This document shows positions 18,901-30,900 of a stretch of 64,000 nt of DNA, in pieces. The translations under genes and the position numbers were made by a program. The notes beneath the pieces were generated by a model. That model saw nothing but the letters and a program-made list of their open reading frames with translations, was not told where the DNA came from and made no database searches. Source of the DNA: Antedon mediterranea (Eukaryota; Animalia; Echinodermata); contig NC_092670.1 of assembly GCF_964355755.1 (NCBI RefSeq), positions 31,546,388 through 31,610,387 on the forward strand, read 5' to 3'. The stretch's first letter is position 1; each line of letters starts with the position of its first letter.

Positions 18901-21900
18901 ACAGTGCTCTACAATAGTTTTTAAATTGTAAATCAAACTAATGCATAATATAGTCCAGTACAAAGTGGTTAGGATAGAGTTACTGTGGGTTCAATTCCTG
19001 ACAACTCCCAATCCACTCAGCTGTAAATGAGTACCTGGTTGAAAATACTAAGGAGGATAAGGCGGTGTGGAAAGGAACTGGCCAGTACCCTACCACATAA
19101 TGCAGAGGCTTAGTACAATGAGCTCCTAACAGCTCATTACTCTACGTTTAAAAGGAACACGAAACTCACCCTTTACCTTTTACTTATTATCTATTTAATT
19201 TATAATTCTCTATTTGAATGTTTTTCTTCTTTTATTTTTTTATTCATAGCAAAGAACAGATATTCGGTTACGGGAGATGCTTGAGGTACAGTATGTTAAT
19301 AGTATTTTTTTGCTCTCTTTTTGCGCATGCAATTTGTTCATCAATTACTGACTGACTGACTTCTGTACAGGAATTCATACACTAACCTACATAAATTTAT
19401 TTAAATTTTGGTTTGAATTTGAATACCAGGAGGAAGACTACCCAGGTGCAATACAGCTATGTCTAGAATGTCAAAAAGCAGCCAGTACCTTTAGACACTA
19501 CACATGTATAAGGTATTTTACCTTAATATTTATTAACAATTAAAAAACATTTAAAGATGTATTGTCCCTTGAAACACAAAAAAATGAAGGTCAAAATATT
19601 CTAAATTTAAAGTGGCCTGAAAGTAATATTAAAGTTATTCACTTTAAGTCGAAAATTTGAGCCAAAAACAACGAAGTTTACATAATTAACAGGTAAATTA
19701 GTTTGATTACATTTCATCTGGAAAATCGTCACGAGCGAAAGTAAACAAAGATTTCAAACCATGAGTACGCATTATGCATATGCTAAATTAGGATTGTTTA
19801 CAACTCGTCACGGTTAAGAAGGTATTTTCACACAGATCATGAGGAAGTTTTATGATTATGCATACAGAGTAGCCAAACAAGCGCGTTTCATTATGGGATA
19901 TGTTTTGGTTGAAGACTTTGACTGGAAGTCAAAGTTATTTTTTTAACAAAAAAACGTCTGTATTTCAGTTAAATTTTTTTTTTTTTTGAAAAATTTTTGG
20001 TGATAGTTAATAACTATTATGATACTTCAAAATGACCCACATTTTTTCGAAATCTATTATTTTTTATTTTTTTGGAATTAGTCAAAGGGACAATACATCT
20101 TTAATTAAGAATTAATTTAGATTAAAAAGGAATAAAGATTAAAAAATAATTTAAAAAGTCTCACGCCTGAGGATGATCGAAGTATAGTGTTCAAAATGAC
20201 GAGATACTTCAACAGTTATTTTCAGAACTATATACTGTACATGTAGTGCACCAAACTTTATTTCAACATATTTAATAATCTAATATATAAATTTACGTAA
20301 GGGCAAAATTCGGTAAATCGCACGTTATTTCTAGAATGTTTACTCGATGGTATATAAAGTTGGTTCGTACTTTCGGTACTGATTTTAACCACCAGATGTA
20401 ACCCTGTTTACTAATTAAATTGAGTTCGATAATTAGTTATTGACGATTAAAACGAATTTAGGTTCAACGATTTGCCCCAAATAGGGGTGTTTTTCGATCG
20501 TGGTATACACTGTCTAATGGATGTCCGTCTTGAAAAATACCCGCAGACAATAATACAAGGATGCTTCGCATTTTCCTATCTCCTCCTACAATAATTGTTT
20601 ATAATGGCTGAAAACCGGTTGAACAGCTCGAGTACAGTATCATAATGTTGAAGACAGGCCGATTTTCTTAAAAAATACTATTTTGATAGATTTAATATAC
20701 GTTTATGCAAATGTATTGTTTTGAAATGAATGGAACATTCCAATCTCTGTTCCACAAGTGTCTATTCCCTCAGGCGTCGTAAAGGCAAGTACTGTATACT
20801 CATAACAGAAATTCGATCCATTTTTTTTCAATCTGTGCTGCAGAGGTTGGATATAGATTTTTTTTAACGGATAATGAGCTAGCGTTTTCATTCGCCGTAT
20901 ATTATGTACAAATCTTTATTATTGCAGTTAAACCACCCACGTGACATCATCACCCTTCCCTCACTGGCATGAGTAGCGTTGTAAAGCCAGTAGAGGATAG
21001 GCCTACGGTGCATCACATGCCCTAAACGCAGAACAACTTTGGTGGGTAGGGTTAGGAACCAACTTAAGTATGAATTGGCTCTAAGAAACAATTGAAAACC
21101 ATTAGGCCTACTAATTAAGTTGAGTTAGATAATTTAATATTTATTGACGATTAAATCGAATTTATGATTTGCCACGAATAGGGGTGGTTTTCACAAATTG
21201 TTTTACATTATATAAACATATTATACACGTCGTAGTGATGTATCGTTACATGTACTGTACTATTTCAATCGACTAGGACGGTGATAGTTTCAACAAAGTA
21301 TTACATCGCAGTGTTTTACTGTGTTTAGTGGTATATTATATGAAAACAATTAATATTTCGTTACTACATGGATAAAGAATATATTTAAAAATTGTTCCTC
21401 TTTGCACCCATCCTCTTTCCCATCCCTCAACCCTAATGTTGCATACAAAACACAAATTAAGTTTGTTTAAATTTGACTTAAACAATTGGTCTCATTTTGT
21501 GACAAGTTTCTCTTTCGGAAGTAATTCCCAGGGTGCTAATTTTAGTTCAGTACATAAATCACAGTGTCTATTTATTCGTTCCTGTAAACGACATGTATTA
21601 TTGTCTTGCGGTACGTGCATTTGAAATCGCCAATTTTTTAACGCTGAAATTATTATGTATTCGAGAACCATCTGTGGGCACGACCTAGATGGTACGCGAG
21701 CGAAGCGAGCGTACCATCTAGTATTAATAATTACAATATTTTACAGAGTATACTTCCAGATGGCATGGGTGTGAAATTTGTCAGAAGTAGAGTGTGATTA
21801 CACTTGAATTTTGCATTAGAAATTTTACATTTTAGTCTTGTAAATTTAAAGTAAATTAGGGGATTCTCAAGCAAGGGGTTATACTTTGACATAAACAATA

Positions 21901-24900
21901 AAAATGTATTCATACAAATATGAATAAACAAGCGTGTTTGAAATGAAATGATAAATGAATACTGCATAATTTCTTATCTTATGCTTTTTAATTTCAGTGA
22001 GTTAAGTTCTAAGTTACAGGACACTCTTGAAATGATTGAGGTAAGGTTATAAAAGAAGCTAAACAAAGAATGAAATTTTACTTATTTTTCAATAAAATTG
22101 TATATAGTTATTGAACATTTTATTTAACCATTTACATCATCTTTGACATTTGGTTGTTTGTTGTTTATCTTTAGGAGCAACTAGATCAGGCTTTAGCAAA
22201 AACTTGTAACTCTTTTGATATTGGTCATTACCAGAAGGTACAACGGGCCTACAGACTTCTAGGAAAAACACAGGTAAGTATGAGGTGCAAAAGATGTCAG
22301 CAAATTAATGACTTAAGTTTAATAAATTATTTAGACTCTCATTATGTAAAACTAATTGATTACAGTAGTACTACAGGTAATTGACAACAGTAATAACAGT
22401 TGGCAGATTAAGAGAGGCATTATTTCAGCTCCTCTTTTGGAAAATTGAAAAAAAATAGATGAAAGCCTACCTTTTTGGAGAAAGAACCTCTATACCCCAA
22501 TGTTCGATGAAATCCTTACTATTACTAATACTATTTTGTGTTATATAAAATAATGGGACCAAATTTGTGCAAATCATACTTGATTGTAATGTAGTATTTA
22601 TAATATTAAAGATGTATTGTCCCTTGAAACAAAAAAATGAAGGTCAAAATATTCTAAATTTAAAATGGCCATATCAAAGTAATATTAAAGTTATTCACTT
22701 TAATTTTAAAATTCGAGCCAAAAACAATAAGTTTACGTAAATTAACAGGTAAATTAATTTGATTACATTTCGTCAAGAAAATCGTCGCGAGCAAAAGTAA
22801 ACAAAGATTTTAAACCACGAGTATGCATTATTATTATATTATTATGCATGATGCTAATTAGGATTGTTTACAACTCGTCACGGTTGAGAATGTGTTCTCA
22901 CATAGGTCGCGAGAAAGTTTTATGATTATGCATACAGAGTAGCTAAACAAGCGCGTTGCATTATGAGATATGTTTTGATTGTAAACTTTGACTGGAAGTC
23001 AAAGTTATTTTAGTGAACAAAAAAATGCCTGTATTTCAGTTAAATTGTTTTTTTTTTCGACTAATTTTTGGTGAAAGTTAATAACTATTATGATACTTCA
23101 AAATGACCCACTTTTTTTTTTTTTTTTTTTATTTTTTTTTTTTTGGAATTTGTCAAAGGGACAATACATCTTAGTATATTTTTATATTTAAAATTATTAA
23201 ATTAATTTTCGAAAATTGTTAATATATTATAGACTGCAATGGACCAACTTCATATGCATTTCACTAGTGCAATTCACAACACAGCCTTCACCATTGTACT
23301 GGGCTACGTAGAACTTGTGTCTGGTTCATCAGATACAAGGTTTCAGAAGATGCAATACAAAGATCTGTGCAGTGTAAGTGTATATTTTTGTTTTATATAT
23401 AAACACCACACGCACAAATTCTAAACCGCCCGGTGATACTGAAAATGTGATAAGATGAGGAAATCTTTGATCAAAAGAAAAATTACTAAAATTATGGGTA
23501 TCAGTGGCTGGATCCGAATGGAGATATAAATAAAATAATTCAAAATAATACGAAAAAACATCCACGGAATTGGTGAGCTTTCTGATAACACAAACCCTTC
23601 CTTAGTCCAAGTTATATTTAATATTTTAGTCTGTATTGTGTATAGATTGTTTATGTATGTCACTGTTGCAATCAATCATGTAGGTAGTATAGTGTTACTC
23701 ATATTCCTCAAGTATGCTTTCTTTTAAAGAACTCCCAAATTAGATTTATTAATTTTACCGTTCTTAGAAAAGTGTCGCATTACATTAAATATCATATCAA
23801 ATTTTATTTTAGTATGTCACAGGTGATACCTTCATTCCATGCATGGTTGATCTGTGCAAAGCATTATGGGATGTGATGAGAAGCTATTATAAGACCATGG
23901 AATGGCATGAGGATTCTGAGGAGGTCCCTGAAGCAGAAACCGGTAAGCACTATTATATACTGTACAGGTATTTGTAATTGAAACAACAACTGAGCAATTG
24001 AGTGGCCGAGTGGTTAAGATTGTAATTATGTAGCCATAACAATACATCGGCAAGGGTTCGAGGCTCACTCACTCCATTGTTTCGATGGTAGAACGATAAG
24101 GACTATAAACCGTAGGACCAGTGTACACATCTAGCTCATGTGCACTTTATAGAACCTTATACATATTTCAAGACGAATAGGGGGGTTACTAGTTGTACTA
24201 GTCTACACACAATCTCTGTCACACACAGTCTTTGATTGAAGAGGCTACCCAGTATAAACAATAACTTACAATTTGCAATAAATGCACCAGAAACTTCTTT
24301 AGAATAGTAATAGTCAAGCATGTTACTTAATACATAAATTCCAATAACAATTGTGAGGTATTCTATAGATTAAGTAATGGTTATGAATGGGCTCTAAATT
24401 TATTCAAAGTCAAATAAAGGTTTTAAGATCCGTCTGTACATACTCCAATGCTTGAACAGTGTATATAAGCTAACATTTGAATTAATATAGATTATTGTAT
24501 TGTAATGTGTAATATTGATTGCTGAATCTCTCTTTTAGATACTGGTTCACTAAGTTCAAATGTTGAGGCCAGCTTTAACAGGAAGTATATTCAGAAGAAA
24601 CTAGCTCATGGTCTTTCTAGAATCTGGCAGGTAAGTCATTAATAATTTATTTTTCAGGTTAATTTTAGTTCAGTTCAAAATACAGTCACATTCAAATTTC
24701 GGGAGTACACGCATGCATGTCAGAATGCATAGAAATAGCACAGAATCTTTTTTCTGATGATACATTCTAGCTGTGGTCCTGTTTGTGCACCATTTCACAT
24801 GTGCACCTTCAAAATGAGTATCGAGTAAAAATTCCCTTGCTTGAATATAATATTTCAAACTACATAATTGTTGTTAATTTTGTTTGCTTTTTTTTAGGAT

Positions 24901-27900
24901 GTACAACAGAAGGTCAAATTCTTTTTGCTTGGTACAGATCTCTCGTTTTTCAAGTATGATGACTTCATATTTGTTCTTGATATTATTAACAGGTAAGGAT
25001 TTAAATTTGTTATTATTTATTTATTGTATATAATTTTATTTTCCCTTTTTGGTAATACATCACCAAACTCTATATTACTCCTTACACCAATAAGAGATAA
25101 ATATTGACACAAAATTTGATTGATGAAAAATTTGATACGGTTAAAATTTCTTTAAACAAACTAACTTTTCTTTTATTATCTTAGACTTATATCGATTGGC
25201 AAAGAATTCTGTGGAAGTAAGTCAGAAGACTTGCAGAAATCGATTCGAACCCAGTCAATAAACTACTTTAAAAACTACCACAGGTAAACACAACATTATT
25301 TATCTGATATGGTGTCTCCTAAGCAGTTATGTTTACGAGAGGTCATTTTTATTATTAGAGGGTGATCCTATGCGATCCAGCGTATGCTGGCAACCAAAGG
25401 GCCCTTTTGATGTGTTGTATGTATGTGTGTGACAGTGGCTGTCTGTATACTAGAAAACCAAGGTAACCCCCTACTCGTCTCGAAATAATGATGTACTAAG
25501 TTCTCATGAGCCAGATGTGTACACTGGACCTATGGTTTATAGCCCTTATTCGAGAAGACTCATTCTACCACCAGAACTATGAAGTAAGTGAGGCTCAAAC
25601 CCTTGCCGATGTTAATAATACAATTTTTTTTGGCAATGGAAGAAACTCATTCACTGGAAAGGTTCCTCAAGGCCATATAAAATTGTGAAACAAAGTATGA
25701 ATGTTTCATACTCGGATTTGTTGCACAATTTTTCAAAGTAGAAACTGTTCATGCTACTAAATTGCTGAAGTAAAAAAAATGTTTAAATTGTGTCACAAAT
25801 GGATTTGGAAGGTGGAGATATGATGTATGCATATAAGCTTATGCTTTCTCACTAAAAGATTTTGTAGTGGAAATCAGGCTTTAGACTAATATGACTATAT
25901 GTTTGTTTTGTCTTCAGGGCTAGAATGGATGAACTGTGCATATTCCTTGAGAACGAAGGCTGGGAATTATGTCCTGTGAAAGTAAACTTTTCTATCCATC
26001 ATCTTCAAGAGTTTAAATTCATGCATTTGCTGAATGCACAAAGAAACGAAGACGACATTCTAGAGAACGAGATGAAGCAAACAAATGTGTTCAAACGCTT
26101 TGAGACCGGAAGTCCTTTTGATCGACAGACGTTGGATGACACAGAAGATGTCATTCAAGCTCCTAATGTAAGATTGTATATAGGATTGATGTCAAATAAA
26201 TCTTCACTTAACCTTATTTATTTATGAATATCATCAAATTGGAGGTATAGGTTTAGGTCTAGGCCATTAGGCCAAATGTCAAAGGACACAGTCCCTAGTA
26301 AGTTTTGTACCTGAAGGAACAGCCCATACAGTATCATCAAAATTCAGAATAAGCAATATTTTTATGCTTGTTTACCAATCTCAAATTTATTCTCGCCAAC
26401 TATGTAAGATACATGAAAAGTCTGAGTTTAGAAAGCATAGGGTTAGTTTAGATCCTGTAATTTACCCAAATTGGATGTTAATGTATGATATTATTGATGA
26501 CGTTTAAATATTTTAAAGACGTTTTCTAATGTAATTAGTTTTACTGTAAAAAGGTATATTCAAATGAACATAAATTATATACTGTTACTGATTATTTCTT
26601 TATGATTTAATTTACAGATGAGCAATGGCAAAGATAGCAACTCCAATGATGATGATTCAGATAGTGATATACCTGATGAGCTAAAGCAGGATTATATTGA
26701 TGAACAAACAGGAGAGAACCCTACTAAAAGGTACACAATGTTATTGTTGTTTCATACACATCCAGCAGTAACTTGTTAAGCAATCAATGAGAGAGTGTTA
26801 TGGCATATTGGTAATTGAGATACTGGACTAGCATGTGAGAGTCATGGGTTTCAAGACCTGTCTGTGCCAGGGTGTCACGAAACCTAAGACCACGAAAGCT
26901 CAGACCCCCTAAGACCTAAGATCACGAAAGCTAAGACCCAACACCTAAGATTACAAATACTAAGATATACTACAGCTTAAAAACAATACTTGTTTATCCA
27001 TACATAATTTTAAACACAGTAGGTTTCATTTATTACCATAAATATAATTTAATACTACCGCAAAACATAGATAAACTCACATTATTTTTGCCCGTTGAGT
27101 AAATGTATATTTTTTCTTTACAACAAACAAACTTGACGGGTTGTTTGTTGGTATATATTTACTCCATTGTGTTGGTTCAGAGGATGTTTTTCTTACGCAC
27201 CTGCCTTTCTTGTATTTTGACTCCAAATTTTTTGAATAACTTTATCCTGAACACCACACTTTAAAATTAGGACTTATAAGTACTTTCAGAAGGAGAAACA
27301 CATAATAACAAATAAATAAATCCTTTAAATTGATGATTTTACAGATGTGTTTCTTTGTATACTGTAATGTAACTCCTCGAGCTCCCCATGCTCAATGTTT
27401 TTGTTTCTATGGAGCGCCAAAAGAGCAACAATAATAGTACAAGTATAAAAACAGAAAGAAAACGAAACAAAATAACTTATCATGATTTTTAAATTAAAAT
27501 TTATTTGCCAGTATTTATTTCTTCGTACTTGCATGATTATACTATTATCATTACAATTTTAATTTTACATTGTTCCATCCACACTGTAGATGGACTCCAC
27601 AGAGTTTTCAGCCCTCTATATAATTTTTGCTCTTTTGACGTTCCATAGAAACAAAAACATTGAACATGGCCCATGGGGTAGGCCTACTGTACTGTAGTAG
27701 GCTAGTCATTATGTGTTCGAGAAAAACGTCTGTAAAATCATCAATTTAAAAATGTATTTGTTACTTTTTATGTGATTCTTTTTCATGAAAGTGCCAATTC
27801 TAAGGTGTGGTATTCAGAATAAATGTTGGGAGTTAAAATACAAGGCAGGTGCAAAAGATAAATATTTGTAATCTTGGGTCTTAGCTTTCGTGATCTTAGG

Positions 27901-30900
27901 TCTTAGGGGGTCTTCGCTTTCGTGGTCTTAGGTTTCGTGACACCCGTCTGTGCCATATTACTTGTGAGATGCTTTACTCTCATTGCCATCAGTCCTATTT
28001 GCATATGCATGTATGTACAATAAAGAACTTTGTACAGCCCTTCTCTGCACATGAACCACTTTATTTTAGTGCAGAGAGCAGACCTTGTGAACTGGTCACA
28101 TACACCATTTGTATTTGTCTAGTACTAAGATTATTATAGTGAAAAGAGCACTCATTCTATGAGACTAAAGTAAAAATGTGTGTATGTTTTAAATATTTAT
28201 AGAGGTCATGCTAAGACCAAGAGGAGACCAGAACGTGTTTCAAGTAGAGAACTAAGTCCAATTCTTGCTAATACTACACTTAATGTATTGCGATTAGTAG
28301 GTAAGTACAGGACACAAATATTTACCTTTTTTATTGCTTAGAACCCATTTACACTTATGTTAGGTCCTCGGCCATTCTATACGATAGCTTCACCAATTTA
28401 TATACTGTAATTCATTTTCACAAACCATTGGTCACAGTTCTCTGCCCAAAGGTAAAATGGTAAAATCCGCTCCTGAACTTACCCTCGAGAGGGCCGGCCT
28501 AACTTTATGGAGTATTTACACTTATCGGTAACCAGGGGTTTTTAGTTGGCAGTATTTCTTCATTTTTAATCCATGGGTAAATTAACCATCTGTACACAGC
28601 TATTTAATTTAAAAAAATGTTGTTACTGTATTTTTATTTTAGGGAAGTATATGCAGATGATGTCGGTGTTGACTCCTATTGCATACGATGTGGTCTTGTG
28701 TATGTCTCAGCTATTTGACTATTATTTGTACGCTGTGTACTCATTCTTTACATCAGATATGGTATGTTGTATAGTACAAGCCAATTAGGGGGCTGTCAGT
28801 TTTTAACAATCAAAGATTCCTACCTATATAGACACTACAAACACCACTATTCCCGTAGGGATGTCATGCGTGAGAGATGTTTTATATAGCCCAGTACAGC
28901 ACTTGGACCGTTCCATTATCCTTTCGAGGAGAGTCCATTTTGGGAATAATCTGTGAAATATGTTTGTATTGTTAAAGATCAATAAACAGCCAAAGCAGAT
29001 GCGAGTGCATAATTTTAAGCAAACCTAAAATGTATAACACTATACTATTGGAATGTATAACACTATACTATTGGAATGTATAACACTATACTATTGGAAT
29101 AGTGTGTAACACTATTTACTCTATATACTGTATAAAGATAATTTCCAACCATAATATCATTCTATTTTCGTGCAAATTTATTTTTCTAACTGAAACACTA
29201 CTTTTTGGTCCTCTGGTTTAAGCCCACCCCTTGACCAAATGCATGTATACACTTGTTAGATAGGTAAACATGCAATAGTTCTGTTTTGATTACAGGCCGA
29301 TGTTGAGAAGGTACTAAATAGTAAGCTACTCAACACACTAAGACGAATATCAAATGAGATCATTGACAAATCACGCAGCGGTCCACTCAATTCTGAATCT
29401 CCCAATAATAAGGTATCAGACATTTTATACTTAATCAAAAGTACTGTACTGTATGTTATAATTTCAATTAATATTATCTTCATTTTATCTACAAGAATAT
29501 TTTATTGTTATCTTCATTGTTATAATTGGTTTACCATTGTCATTATTGGATCATCTTAATGTTTTTATGTAAATCATTGTTACAAATTAATGAATTTTCA
29601 GCGGATCACTGAACGGTTTAGAATTTAATCTGTGCTTCTGTGTGTTATTTTATGTATACCCAAATATATACATTGTTTTTATCTCAGGTGAAAGTGCCAT
29701 TTCCATATTTATCCCCAATTGTTGAGCTAGAAAACCGAAACACTCTGTATGGTCTATCAGAAAGAATTGTTGCAACTGAGTCATTGTAAGTATACATTTG
29801 TTTATATTTGATTGATGTATGGCAATGCCAAGACTGATCACTCGCTGGTTTTAATATAACAACATGCTTACTGTTTTTAGATGCAACAATTATAAGAATC
29901 AGTTGTTTGACTAGAGATCTAACCATGCGACAACCTTGTTCTTTCTATGGCTATTGTTCGCTTATGATTTTCTATTATGTCATCTCTCTCCACTTATGAT
30001 TTTATTGTTTATTGCTTTGTTGATAATATTTTCTCTGGGTTTGATATTGATTGAACGAATTGGTTCTAGTTAACTTTAAATTTCAGACTTTTACATTGAA
30101 AAAAAATACCAATTCAGTATAATGCAATGGAATAAATTTGGAATGCCTCACCACTCTTCCCAGCCAGTATATATATATCATTTTCATATTCTTTCTTAAC
30201 CATTATATTTTAACTAGGTATTTTACTCTTCTCTGTTTTAACAAATTTTATATTTTTCTTGATTTCAGAGCATTTTTAGCAGAGCAGTTTGAATCACTAC
30301 AATCTCATCTTGAGTCTGTTATCCCTGCCACCAAGAAACCATTCCTACAACAGTTCTATTCCCAGGTAAACACCATACATTTTGTTTTAATTCATTGCCT
30401 TCAAAACATACAAAGATTTGGAAAAGTTACACTAAAAAAAAGTGATCAGATGTTTATATTATTTCTTCCTTCATTATACCGAGTAGCCTCTTCAGTACAC
30501 AGTGTTCTTAGAATTTTGAACTACTATGAATTACTTTTAATTTTCTGTTTTAATAAAGTTAATCACTTCCCTAAAAAAAAAACTATGTGTTCACGTATAA
30601 AAAGACAAAATAAACAATTAAATTCAACAATTGACCTTCAGTCAATTTGACTATTTTTTGCTTTAAATTACAGTTTTTTTGCAGTTAAAGAATTTTAATA
30701 ACTATTATACAACATTAAAATAGCATATGCAACAAAAACATTTAAAAAAATTATTTTTTCAGGGGACAATATACCTTTAAGATAAGAATCCTATTATTTT
30801 GAAAGACCCATGATTTGAACCCATAACCCTGGGATTTGTAGGCTAGTCACCTTACTACAGTGCTGCTATTGTATACACACTATCATTTTTTTCTTGCCTT

